Origin: an uncultured Candidatus Saccharibacteria bacterium
Lineage (GTDB): Bacteria > Patescibacteriota > Minisyncoccia > Portnoybacterales > UBA2143
DNA: 64,000 nt
Reading direction: 5' to 3'
Assembly: GCA_964594965.1 (NCBI GenBank)
Contig: CAZQMX010000002.1
Location: 44,306-108,305, forward strand
The position numbers and the translations under genes were made by a program. This document shows, piece after piece, positions 53,669-63,434 of the stretch; the first letter of the stretch is position 1, and each line of letters begins with the position of its first letter. The notes under the pieces are model-generated. The model did not search any database. It had not been told where the DNA came from and was given only the letters and a program-made list of their open reading frames with translations.

Positions 53669-54361
53669 TTACTTTCTTATCATCTTATACCTATCTACAT
53701 TTATCCAAAATTCATAAACTACTCCCGAAAACATCCCCCAGGCAAAAAACCATACTATTTCTTCAATTGGAATTTTAGCAAAAGCGACACCAGACAAGCC
53801 ATCTTGCACCCAAAGCCTATTAATCGCATCAGGATATATTTTTAACCAGGCCACATAAACTATCAATATCATAAATACCATTAAGACTGCACTCATTAAA
53901 GAATCTCTTCTTAAATCCTTGTCAATAAATAATAATACGACTGAACTAATAAACAAGGGGGTAATACTTGCCCAGATTGTATTTATTCCTAATCGCTTTA
54001 AGATTAAAAACAATATTATCATACCAGCCACGATTAGGATTGTTTCTAGTGTCCTTTTTCTTCCTACATCATGTTTTCTGGCAAATACAATCTCATAAAA
54101 CACACTGCCGATACCGCCAATAAAAAATCCGAATAAAATCTCCTCTATACCAACATAGGCGCCAAGAATCTTAATTGGCAAAACATACTCTGGGCTCCAA
54201 TAATCTTTAGCGAAAAACAATATTTGACTTATTGGCGCAACAGGAGCGACCAAGATGCTTACAAATAATTGTTGTTTTCTAAGGTCTTTTCTTTTTAAGA
54301 AAAACAAAAACCATACTAATCCAAGAAATAGGGTGGCGAAGAAATAGGCGTAATTATACAT
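53669..54361 (-). CDS. Lycopene-cyclase-domain membrane protein
   Basis: Duplicated membrane module with DYW.P...GIEEILF and IPIEEIVW. Confidence 0.75.
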   Translation of the reverse strand: MYNYAYFFATLFLGLVWFLFFLKRKDLRKQQLFVSILVAPVAPISQILFFAKDYWSPEYVLPIKILGAYVGIEEILFGFFIGGIGSVFYEIVFARKHDVGRKRTLETILIVAGMIILFLILKRLGINTIWASITPLFISSVVLLFIDKDLRRDSLMSAVLMVFMILIVYVAWLKIYPDAINRLWVQDGLSGVAFAKIPIEEIVWFFAWGMFSGVVYEFWINVDRYKMIRK

Positions 54362-54485
54362 TTTCTAGCTTTTATTTTATTTCCTATATTATTATACCCT
54401 CCCCAAACAAAAAAACCAATCAGAAACCAATATAAAGAAGGGGGCTCTCAATGGAACTCCCTTCTTCGGTGTTTAAATAAAATAA

Positions 54486-55913
54486 CTAATTATATAACGC
54501 TTCTCTCCTTATTTCCTTGAGCAAGCCTGTTACTGTTCTGCTGTATTTAATCCTATTCCACGGATTAAGATTGTCCAGCGTTAACAACTCTGAAGGCAGC
54601 ATTACAAGCTGTTCGTTGATGTAATCCCTGATCTGCGACAAATCAGGCAATTCGTAAGAAACAATTCCGTTTTCGATCATCGGAATAAGGAGCGGTTCGC
54701 CCAGGTCTTCGCCAACGAGACCAACTACATCAGAAGAAAATTTTCCGTCCTGAAAAATTCTGTAAACTTGCTTGATGCCCGGATAGGACTGTTTTTCCGT
54801 AGAGAGCTTGGCACAATACTTAACTCCGTCCTTCCCGTTAATAGCTGCAAGCTTGTAAACAATCTCCAATTTCGGGTCGTCTGTGACTACCCCCACTTCG
54901 GTCACAACAATAAAGCAATCAACCGGCGCTTTTTGCCTGACTATTTTTTGTATCTTCCATTCATCAAGATTGGTAGCTACGATAATCTTTGTTTCTTTGA
55001 GGTCGGCCTGATCAAGTTCAGCCCGGGCATAACGGGACAATGTAACCAAATTACCCGAATCGATAATAACAGCGAATAATTGTTCCCCTCGTTCGGCCAT
55101 TTCCTGACCGACCTGTATTGCATTAGACAGTCCCTGGATCACATCGTAAGTATCTATCATTAGGGCTGCCGATTGGCCGAATCGTTTTGTAATTTCCCGC
55201 ATAGCAGTCAGTTCGTCATCAAACGAAACAATGTAGTTATGACAGGCCAGATTGATAGCCGGCTCCATGCCAAACTGATACTTTTTGGAAAACCCAGGCA
55301 TTGCCGTTCCACCAGCCGTACCGACCAGGTAAGAAGCCCGGCCGCATTTATAGGATGATTCAAATCCATGCGTCCGTTGACTAACCGAACCGACAATATC
55401 TGTCCCTTGGGCAGCAATTCTGCTTCGAATCATCTTTGATGTAAAGACCGTATTGCTGTGCACAGCAGCGATCAAAAATGAACCAATCAGGCTACCTTCA
55501 ATAATCGGAGCTGTAACACGGACAACCGGTTCCTGTGGAAAGAATATTGTTCCTTCAGGCATAGCATAAACATCTCCTGTAAACCGAACATTAGACAGAT
55601 AGTCGGCGAATCCTTCGGTGATAGTGCCGGCTTCGAGAAGATAGGCAATAGAATCATCATCGTATTGCCACTTGCTGAGGGCAGATACTATTTCTTCAAT
55701 ACCGCCCAAAACCAGGAAATTCCTGTTATAGGGTATGTCCCTGACCACCAGATCAAAGGTAGCAATCCGTTCATGTTGATTGAGTTCATACCAAACAGAG
55801 CAATTGGAGAAGATATAGGCCAGCTCAAAGAGCGGCAAATCATCTTGAACAAACAAATGGCTCTTTGGTATTCCAAGCTCTCCTCTAGACCAGTAATTCT
55901 CTGACTTTATCAT
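54486..55913 (-). CDS. pncB: Nicotinate phosphoribosyltransferase (divergent)
   Basis: ATFDLVVR, FTGDVYAMPEG, IDTYD, IDSG.L, VYKL and PG.KQVYR motifs. Confidence 0.88.
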   Translation of the reverse strand: MIKSENYWSRGELGIPKSHLFVQDDLPLFELAYIFSNCSVWYELNQHERIATFDLVVRDIPYNRNFLVLGGIEEIVSALSKWQYDDDSIAYLLEAGTITEGFADYLSNVRFTGDVYAMPEGTIFFPQEPVVRVTAPIIEGSLIGSFLIAAVHSNTVFTSKMIRSRIAAQGTDIVGSVSQRTHGFESSYKCGRASYLVGTAGGTAMPGFSKKYQFGMEPAINLACHNYIVSFDDELTAMREITKRFGQSAALMIDTYDVIQGLSNAIQVGQEMAERGEQLFAVIIDSGNLVTLSRYARAELDQADLKETKIIVATNLDEWKIQKIVRQKAPVDCFIVVTEVGVVTDDPKLEIVYKLAAINGKDGVKYCAKLSTEKQSYPGIKQVYRIFQDGKFSSDVVGLVGEDLGEPLLIPMIENGIVSYELPDLSQIRDYINEQLVMLPSELLTLDNLNPWNRIKYSRTVTGLLKEIRREALYN

Positions 55914-56072
55914 AATTCCCTCCTTTATTGGATTATAGGTTGTCGGATTATATCAATATGCGGTTGTTAATTTAACTAAAAAACAGAATAACATAATATA
56001 CTATTCTGTCAAAATAAAATAAAAAACCAATTGGGATTGGTTTTGGGCAGAGGAATTTGCGAAAACTCTTTT

Positions 56073-56645
56073 TTAGTTGCGATACAGGAATCTTAATTTA
56101 CGCTGACTCCCATCAAGTTTTGGACTGATACCAATTCTTTTGTCAGATAATATTTCCTTGGGGCTTATAACAACGCCTCTGTCTTCAATAAATATGGTAT
56201 TTCCTGTTAAATTTTTGCCGTACAAATTGATATCAATGCCAAACGACTTGCATAGATTTCCCGGTGACTTGGTTAGATCATTAACCCGTCCAACCGGCTT
56301 CCCAAAATTACCCTTCATTATTTCTATGCCTTCCTCAGGAATAACTGCTCTAATAAAGACGACTTCTGGAATATTTTTCTTATTAACAACCAGAGCAAGC
56401 TGATGATAAATCCCGTAAACAAGATAAACGTAGGCATATCCACCATCCTGATACATAACTTCTGTTCGTCTAGTTCTTTTATTCCCGTGTGAGACTTTAT
56501 CAGAAAAAGCTGGATAAGCCTCAACCTCAATTATTTTTCCAGAAACCTTCCCTTTTGGGGAATTAAATACTAAATATTTTCCCAGAAATTCCTTTGCTAT
56601 ATCCCGAGCTGACCGCTGATAAAAAGATTTTTGTAATTTAGGCAT
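56073..56645 (-). CDS. 3-methyladenine DNA glycosylase (MPG/AAG family)
   Basis: A..FLGK.L, IIEVEAY, AYVYLVYG, PG.LC..FGI and RIGI motifs. Confidence 0.92.
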   Translation of the reverse strand: MPKLQKSFYQRSARDIAKEFLGKYLVFNSPKGKVSGKIIEVEAYPAFSDKVSHGNKRTRRTEVMYQDGGYAYVYLVYGIYHQLALVVNKKNIPEVVFIRAVIPEEGIEIMKGNFGKPVGRVNDLTKSPGNLCKSFGIDINLYGKNLTGNTIFIEDRGVVISPKEILSDKRIGISPKLDGSQRKLRFLYRN

Positions 56646-56659
56646 CTTTGGGTATGGGT

Positions 56660-58423
56660 TCATGGGGTTGCTTCTTGGGTACATTGATAATCATGATAAT
56701 ATTTATAATCTATACTGCTAATAAAATATCCTGGCTTGTAAGTAGATTTAGCACACCAAGACACTACTTTTTGAGTACAACTACTATCCCAGTAACTATA
56801 ATCACCATCCCAATATCTATCCGAATATATTAAAGAGGGTTCACATATTTTTGCTGTTTGAGTACACCTAGAGTCATAATAATAGAGATCCGAATCATCA
56901 TAAAAATATCCCGGATAATTTGTAGATTTATAGCATCCTGGCACAGCTATTTGAGTACACCCGCTGTTATGATAAAAAGATTGAGTTTGGGGATTAATAT
57001 AAAAATCTTCATAGAAAATACAATTGGCAAGATAATTACACTGACTATCAGAATAAATATTTTCTCCATCTGAATAATATCCAGAATAAGTCAAAGAAGA
57101 GTAGCAGGGCTTTACGTATTGAGGGCCCGAATAACTAACATTACCATCCCATATTCTTGTTATTTTAGCTTTTTCATGTAAGTAATCTTCTGGTAATTGT
57201 CCTATTTTCCAACCCTTCTCCGTAGTTTCGTAATAATAATACCAATCATTCCCTATTGGATAATAATATCCTGATTGAGCATGAACTGTTTTAATCCCTA
57301 CTCCCATATGGTCATGAAATTCGATTAATGAAGCTCCTAGTCCCATAGCTTGAACAAGAGAAGCAAATAAATAAGAAGTATCTTCACAATCACCATTTCT
57401 TTCAACAAATGTTTCTATTGGATATTTTGGGAGGTCAGCAACATTTGTATAAAAATCAGCCACATAGGGTAAGCCTTGGACAAAGCTTACTATAAAGGAA
57501 CTACGATGATAATTTTCTCTATCTGCGATTTCTTTTAACGCTTCTGCTATCTCTTTAATAAATGGGTCGTTTTCTATTACATATTCAAGACCGTGAGAAC
57601 TCCTTGGTTTATTTTTATAATACTCATACCAATCTTCCTGTATTGAATAATTCCTAGTCCAAGATTTTCCATTGTGTTCCCATTGAAAATTCTGAGCAAG
57701 ATATCTTCCCCCGCCAGATGGATTTGCATCTTCATTATCATTAATTCCATCGTCGTCAGAGTCTTTATTTGTATCTAGTGTCCCTTGGTCTAATTCTTGT
57801 CTGTAAGTCAATCCATCCCCGTCACTATCAGCGTTCATTTTTTCTTCTTCTGCTTCTTTTGCTAATACTTCCTGTTCAGCTACTTGCCTAGCTAATTCTT
57901 CTTGTATCCTTTTATCTTCTTCCTCCACCGCCCTCTGCTGAGCTACCTTTTTCGCCGCTTCAGCTCTAGATCTTTTTTCGGTCTCTTGTTGGGTTTTCTG
58001 CTCAGCTTCTTCTTTGGCTATTTTAGATTCTTGAGCTTCCCCCTTAGCCCTTCTCTCTTCTAGGCCACTCATTTCAACTTCTCGCTCCAGTTCTTCTATT
58101 TTAAATTTCTCTTCCCACGATACCTTATAAATTAAGTTCGACACGTTTGCGAAAATCGGTTTGTCAGCTAAGAAATTTGAAATTTCTTTACCAAATCCCT
58201 GGCTATATAACGCTGCACTTATGCCCACTACAATAATCGATATCCAAATTATTAATTTTTTTGATACGGGGACCTTAATAAAACTCTCTTTGGTCTTAAT
58301 CCTGTTTTTTACAAATTCTACGCCTTTATTTTTATAAGATGGAAAAGACACGATCAAATTACGCCACTTATTAAGCGCTTTATCTCTTATAGTTCTTATC
58401 CTGTTTTTGAGATCTTTCCTCAT
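56660..58423 (-). CDS. Membrane-anchored transglutaminase-like protein with coiled coil, Ca-binding repeats and Cys/Tyr repeats
   Basis: TM, EAK-rich coil, DSDGDG/DSDDDG, YP.ET...GDCED, H and ETT motifs. Confidence 0.8.
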   Translation of the reverse strand: MRKDLKNRIRTIRDKALNKWRNLIVSFPSYKNKGVEFVKNRIKTKESFIKVPVSKKLIIWISIIVVGISAALYSQGFGKEISNFLADKPIFANVSNLIYKVSWEEKFKIEELEREVEMSGLEERRAKGEAQESKIAKEEAEQKTQQETEKRSRAEAAKKVAQQRAVEEEDKRIQEELARQVAEQEVLAKEAEEEKMNADSDGDGLTYRQELDQGTLDTNKDSDDDGINDNEDANPSGGGRYLAQNFQWEHNGKSWTRNYSIQEDWYEYYKNKPRSSHGLEYVIENDPFIKEIAEALKEIADRENYHRSSFIVSFVQGLPYVADFYTNVADLPKYPIETFVERNGDCEDTSYLFASLVQAMGLGASLIEFHDHMGVGIKTVHAQSGYYYPIGNDWYYYYETTEKGWKIGQLPEDYLHEKAKITRIWDGNVSYSGPQYVKPCYSSLTYSGYYSDGENIYSDSQCNYLANCIFYEDFYINPQTQSFYHNSGCTQIAVPGCYKSTNYPGYFYDDSDLYYYDSRCTQTAKICEPSLIYSDRYWDGDYSYWDSSCTQKVVSWCAKSTYKPGYFISSIDYKYYHDYQCTQEATP

Positions 58424-58491
58424 CTTTCATTAAAGGGGGTCACGAAAGCCTCCGTTTTTAAATATTAATGACTAAAAGCCTTGTATTTGAT

Positions 58492-59130
58492 TTATTCATT
58501 TTTAGGTATGGGTTCATGGGGTTGGGTGGGGTTATTGAGTCTGTCTACATCAGGAGGAAAGATTAATCCTGTTATTATGGTAAATATAGCTACGCCAATC
58601 AGGGTCGCGATTAATAGACGGAGTGACCATCTTCTTAACCAATCCCACTGCTTTTGTTTTTTTGTGATATTTTCTTCGAAGATTTTACGAAAACCTTCTT
58701 TTTCTGTATTGTTTAATTCTTCTATGTCCTTTTCAAATTTACCGATATCATGGTGTGCTCTAGAGATAACTTTTAATACATCTTGTCGGATAAACTTGGG
58801 TATAAATTCTGCTCGTTCGTCGGCAATTGCACGATTTGCCTCTAAAACTTTGTTTTTATATATAATTTCAAAAATAATAGATACTATCGGAAAAACTAGT
58901 ATCAAAACAAAAAGCTGAAAGGGTAAACTATGACCTTCTTCTCTTAAAAACAGGAAAGACATCGCGCCAAAAATACCAACGTCCAGAGAGATAAGAAGAT
59001 TAGAGAATTTGTAAGTTTTTTCCATCGCGAACTCATCCCTCATTTTTAAATTCTCGTCTTTATAAAATTCCAGACGTTTAATAGCGTTATCAAAGTATTT
59101 TTCTTTAAGTTCGTTGATAGGAGAAGTCAC
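58492..59130 (-). CDS. Hypothetical membrane protein
   Basis: Three hydrophobic segments; directly downstream of tyrS. Confidence 0.65.
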   Translation of the reverse strand: MTSPINELKEKYFDNAIKRLEFYKDENLKMRDEFAMEKTYKFSNLLISLDVGIFGAMSFLFLREEGHSLPFQLFVLILVFPIVSIIFEIIYKNKVLEANRAIADERAEFIPKFIRQDVLKVISRAHHDIGKFEKDIEELNNTEKEGFRKIFEENITKKQKQWDWLRRWSLRLLIATLIGVAIFTIITGLIFPPDVDRLNNPTQPHEPIPKNE

Positions 59131-59144
59131 AAAATCTTATAAAT

Positions 59145-60317
59145 TTAACTAATTTTAACTTTAACAAACTTTCTTTTTCCAACTTGGATAATGGTTTTAT
59201 CCTTTGGTGTGATTTCTTCGTTTGGATCTTTGATGACTTTGTTGTCTATCTTGACTCCTCCCTGTTCTATTAATCTTCTGGCTTCGCTTTTGCTTGGGGC
59301 TAGTTTTGATTCTGTTAGAATATCTGTCAGTTTTGTTTTTTCTGGCTTGGCTTTGAAGATGGGGGTGTCGGTTGGTTTTTCTTTGTCTTTGAAGACCTGG
59401 TTGAATTCTTTTTCTGCTTTTCTGGCTAAATCTTCGTTATGAAAGGTTTTGGTAATTTCTTTGGCTAATTTGGCTTTATCTTCTCTTGGATTTTTAACTT
59501 CTTTGACTTCTAAATCAGTTAATAATTCAAAGCCGGGAAGGATTAGGTCGTCTGGCCAGGACATAATCTGGCCAAACATTTGATTTGGTTCTTCATCTAA
59601 ATTAACAACATTTCCTTCAGTTTTACCCATTTTCTTTCCGCATGAATCAACTAGAAGTTTGGTTGTTAAAACAAACTTTTCTTTGTTTTTCATCTTCTTG
59701 ATTAATGTCCTGCCAGCCAACATATTAAACATCTGATCATTGCCGCCAACTTCTAAATCTACATCCATAGCAACAGAATCATAGGCCTGGGTTAATGGAT
59801 AAAGGAATTCATGCAAATAGATTGATTCATCTTGCTTTATTCTCTCCTGAAACATATCTCTTTGAATCATTTGTCCGTGAGTGAAATTAGAAGCCATTTC
59901 AATTAAATCAATAAAACTTAATTTATCATTCCACTCACTATTATAAAGAACCTTAACTGGATTTTCTCCTTCAAAATTGATGACTTTACTTGCCTGTTCC
60001 TGGTAATTGGTCATGTTCTTTTTAACTTCTTCTCTGGTCATTTTCTTTCTAACGGCGGTTTTATCAGTTGGGTCGCCAATCATACTGGTAAAATCTCCTA
60101 AAAGGAAAATGACTTCGTGGCCGAGGTCCTGGAATTGGGCTAATTTTCTTAAGGTAATCGCATGGCCAATATGAAGAGTTGGCGCCGTAGCGTCATAACC
60201 ACAATAAAGTTTAATCTTTTTGTCAGATTTTAAAACTTTTTCTAATTCTTCTTTAGAAGGATAGATTTTCTCTACGCCTCTGGTTAAAATTTTGTTTATT
60301 AGTTTTTCTTTATCCAT
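59145..60317 (-). CDS. tyrS: Tyrosine--tRNA ligase
   Basis: HIGH, IGDPTDK, GGNDQ.FN and KMGKT motifs; S4 domain. Confidence 0.97.
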   Translation of the reverse strand: MDKEKLINKILTRGVEKIYPSKEELEKVLKSDKKIKLYCGYDATAPTLHIGHAITLRKLAQFQDLGHEVIFLLGDFTSMIGDPTDKTAVRKKMTREEVKKNMTNYQEQASKVINFEGENPVKVLYNSEWNDKLSFIDLIEMASNFTHGQMIQRDMFQERIKQDESIYLHEFLYPLTQAYDSVAMDVDLEVGGNDQMFNMLAGRTLIKKMKNKEKFVLTTKLLVDSCGKKMGKTEGNVVNLDEEPNQMFGQIMSWPDDLILPGFELLTDLEVKEVKNPREDKAKLAKEITKTFHNEDLARKAEKEFNQVFKDKEKPTDTPIFKAKPEKTKLTDILTESKLAPSKSEARRLIEQGGVKIDNKVIKDPNEEITPKDKTIIQVGKRKFVKVKIS

Positions 60318-60371
60318 AGTTTTTAATTAAAAAATAGGGTTGGGAGCGGGAGATGGGCTTTTCTCCCGCTC

Positions 60372-60617
60372 TTATTGTAATAGGGGCTCGGTAATAGGTT
60401 TAATGTGTTCATCGTAAACTTCTGTGTAAAACTGTAGTTCTCTGCCAACAAAACTTGTCCAAATCTCTCCAAGCGTGACTCTTTTATGAAAGTTGTCTCC
60501 TAGACTAGGTATGATTTCTCCAAAATAGAAAAGGTACATTTTCTTTTTCTCGGAAAATACCAGAGCAGTAATATCTCCCCTTTTTTCAATAGTTGGTTTC
60601 TCAATCTCATTCTCCAT
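60372..60617 (-). CDS. Small hypothetical protein
   Basis: GGAGGT SD before ATG 60617; downstream hairpin. Confidence 0.55.
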   Translation of the reverse strand: MENEIEKPTIEKRGDITALVFSEKKKMYLFYFGEIIPSLGDNFHKRVTLGEIWTSFVGRELQFYTEVYDEHIKPITEPLLQ

Positions 60618-60683
60618 AGCCCTTACCTCCTTTAGCCCAATTTCCATTTTTCAATTGTTAAACATATTTTCACTATACCACCC

Positions 60684-60745
60684 CCTGCCCCGTGGCGCAA
60701 TAATTGTTGCCTTCTACGGGGCCTGCCCCGAGCGAAGTCGAGGGG
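60684..60745. repeat. Two tandem CCTGCCCCG-headed hairpin elements
   Basis: CCTGCCCCGT...ACGGGG then CCTGCCCCGAGCGAAGTCGAGGGG. Confidence 0.75.
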
Positions 60746-60796
60746 TTGATTAAACGGGTCAATTCTGGCAGAATAAATTAAGATAGAAAGCTTATA

Positions 60797-60895
60797 AAGC
60801 GCAGAAAATAAATTTTTGAAGAGTAGGTGTGGGCGCGCTGCCCGAGCAGAGCGAGGGTAGGGCTAAGCGATTCAAAAATTTGATTTTCGGAGCTT
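60797..60895. mobile_element. ~100 bp MITE-like element upstream of the PBP gene
   Basis: AAGC..GAAAATAAATTTTTGAA / TTCAAAAATTTGATTTTC..GCTT IR with nested CCCGAGCAGAGCGAGGG. Confidence 0.65.
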
Positions 60896-60900
60896 AAATA

Positions 60901-63393
60901 ATGTTCAAAAAACTATTGAAACTTGCTGGATTTCTTTTTGCCATGGCCATTCTTTTGGGAATTGGTCTTTTTGCTTTCTTTGCTAAGGATTTACCTGATC
61001 CGACCAAAATGGGTTCCCGACAAATTGTTGAATCAACTAAAATCTATGACCGAACCGGCGAAGTCATTCTTTACGATATCCACGGCGAGGAAAAAAGAAC
61101 CATTATTCCATATGATCAAATCCCCCAATTCATTAAAGACGCCACTATTATCGCAGAAGATGATAATTTCTATCATCACATTGGCATTGACTGGAAAGGA
61201 ATTTTAAGAGCAGCCTGGGCCAATCTGAATAAAAACAAAATTGCCCAGGGCGGTTCAACCATTACCCAGCAATACATCAAGAATGCCTATCTGGGCGGTC
61301 CCAGGTCAGAAAGAACCTATGCCCGTAAAATTAAAGAAGCGATTTTGGCCGTTGAAATGGAAATAAAGTATTCTAAGGATGAAATTCTTGATTTCTATTT
61401 AAACCAGGTTTCCTATGGCTCTAATGCCTATGGGATTGAGGCGGCTGCCCAGACATTTTTTAACAAGAATACTGATGATTTAACTTTGGCCGAAGGCGCT
61501 CTTTTGGCATCCCTGCCCAAAGCCCCAAGCTATTTCTCCCCCTACGGCTCCCATATTGAAGATTTAAAAGCAAGACAGGAATATGTTTTAGAAAGAATGA
61601 TTAAATTCGGCTACATTACCGAAGAAGAGTCATTAGCCGCCAGGGAAGAAGAATTAAAATATGCTTCCCAGGGCGATTTAAAAGCTCATCATTTTATAAC
61701 AATGATTCAGGAATATTTAGAAGAAGAATACGGCCGAATCTATTCTGATATTAATATGGCTGGATTAAAGGTCTATACTACCCTGGATTGGGATATGCAG
61801 AGAATTGCTGAAGAAGTTGTCACCGAAGGGGTTGAAAAGAATGAAAAAACCTATCGGGCAACTAATGGAGCTCTGGTTGCGATTGACCCTAAAACCGGTC
61901 AGGTTTTAGCCCTGGTCGGTTCAAAAAACTATTCTGAAGATCAATTTAATGTTGCGACCAGTCCTTTTCGACAGCCGGGTTCTTCTTTTAAACCTTTTGC
62001 CTACGCCGTTGCTTTTGATGAAGGATATTCTCCGGATAGCATGATTTTTGATTTAGAAACCAGTTTTGGCAAATTTGGTCCAGCCGGAGCAGAAAAAGAA
62101 TACAAACCGAATAACTATGATTTGAAATTTAGAGGACCGGTTACTTTTAGACAGGCCTTGGCCCAGTCAATTAACCTGCCCTCGGTTAAAGTTCTTCATC
62201 TGGCTGGAGTCAATGATACGATTAATTTAGCCCAGGATATGGGAATTACAACCCTAAAAGAAAGGGGTCGGTATAGCTTGTCATTGGTTCTAGGCGGCGG
62301 CGAAGTTAAATTAATTGATGAAACCACAGCTTACGGAGTTTTTGCGACAGAAGGAGTCAAACATCCAACTAATTTAATTTTAAGGATTGAAGATGCTGAC
62401 GGAGACGTTTTAGAAGAATTCAAGGATGAATCTGACCGGGTTTTAGATAGTCAGGTTGCCCGTCAGATTACCAGTATTTTATCAGATGAAGCTGCCCGGG
62501 CACCAATGCTTGGTAATAATTCAAAATTGTATTTACCCGGACGGCCAGCCGCAGCCAAAACCGGAACAACCCAGGATTACGCTGATGGCTGGACAATTGG
62601 TTATACGCCCAGTTTGGTTGTTGGAGTTTGGGCGGGGAATAATGATTTTACCGATAAGATGAGAGTTGGGGCAGCTGGTCTTTATGTTGCCGCTCCAATC
62701 TGGAATGATTTTATGAGAAAAACTTATCAGGAAAAGACCGAAAGACCTGATGATGTTGAAGAAATTAAACCGAATACTTTCTTTTTACCCAAAAGCGCTG
62801 AAAACTTTAATCCACCCGATTCACCAAAAGAAAGTGACAAACCGATGGTTAATGGTCAATTAACTTTTGAAAATATTATTAAAATTGATAAAATCTCAGG
62901 AAAACTGGCGACAGATTTAACTCCACCTAATTTAATTGAAGAAAAAACCTATCGGGAAGTCCATTCAATTCTCTATTATGTTAATAAGAATGATGAACAA
63001 TTTGAAAACTGGGAAAATCCTGTTTTAAACTGGGCTCAAAACCAGCCCTGTGATAATAATATCTGCTATAATCAAGAGCCGCCTCAGGAAGAAGATGATG
63101 CCCATACCAAAGAAAACCAACCGAGTGTTGAGATTATTTCTCCTAGTCAGGGAACCTCAATTAGCCCGACTTATTTAATAATTAAAGCCGACGCTTCAGC
63201 GCCCTTAGGAATTAAACAAGTTGATTTCTTTTTTAATGACCAATTAATTGGAAGTGATACAAATTCACCTTATTCAGTTAATTTTAATATTTCCCATTAC
63301 TCATATGACTCCGGCAGGCAATATATTAAAGTCAGGGCTTATGATCAATCCCTTAATCGGGAAGAGGATGAGATATATATTAAAGTAGATTAA
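60901..63393 (+). CDS. Class A penicillin-binding protein (PBP1A family) with C-terminal Ig-like domain
   Basis: EDDNFY.H.G, QGGSTITQQ, RQPGSSFK, SIN and KTGT motifs. Confidence 0.95.
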   Translation: MFKKLLKLAGFLFAMAILLGIGLFAFFAKDLPDPTKMGSRQIVESTKIYDRTGEVILYDIHGEEKRTIIPYDQIPQFIKDATIIAEDDNFYHHIGIDWKGILRAAWANLNKNKIAQGGSTITQQYIKNAYLGGPRSERTYARKIKEAILAVEMEIKYSKDEILDFYLNQVSYGSNAYGIEAAAQTFFNKNTDDLTLAEGALLASLPKAPSYFSPYGSHIEDLKARQEYVLERMIKFGYITEEESLAAREEELKYASQGDLKAHHFITMIQEYLEEEYGRIYSDINMAGLKVYTTLDWDMQRIAEEVVTEGVEKNEKTYRATNGALVAIDPKTGQVLALVGSKNYSEDQFNVATSPFRQPGSSFKPFAYAVAFDEGYSPDSMIFDLETSFGKFGPAGAEKEYKPNNYDLKFRGPVTFRQALAQSINLPSVKVLHLAGVNDTINLAQDMGITTLKERGRYSLSLVLGGGEVKLIDETTAYGVFATEGVKHPTNLILRIEDADGDVLEEFKDESDRVLDSQVARQITSILSDEAARAPMLGNNSKLYLPGRPAAAKTGTTQDYADGWTIGYTPSLVVGVWAGNNDFTDKMRVGAAGLYVAAPIWNDFMRKTYQEKTERPDDVEEIKPNTFFLPKSAENFNPPDSPKESDKPMVNGQLTFENIIKIDKISGKLATDLTPPNLIEEKTYREVHSILYYVNKNDEQFENWENPVLNWAQNQPCDNNICYNQEPPQEEDDAHTKENQPSVEIISPSQGTSISPTYLIIKADASAPLGIKQVDFFFNDQLIGSDTNSPYSVNFNISHYSYDSGRQYIKVRAYDQSLNREEDEIYIKVD

Positions 63394-63394
63394 A

Positions 63395-63428
63395 TAAAAA
63401 AGCCTTCTGATACTAGGGCTTTTTTTAA
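63395..63428. terminator. Bidirectional terminator between the PBP gene and dnaN
   Basis: AAAAAAGCC...GGCTTTTTTTT. Confidence 0.7.
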
Positions 63429-63434
63429 TTCCAA

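Noticed and set aside
52064-59130. Accessory tract as a prophage or classical integron
   Set aside because: No phage genes, integrase or recognisable attC (RYYYAAC...GTTRRRY) sites.
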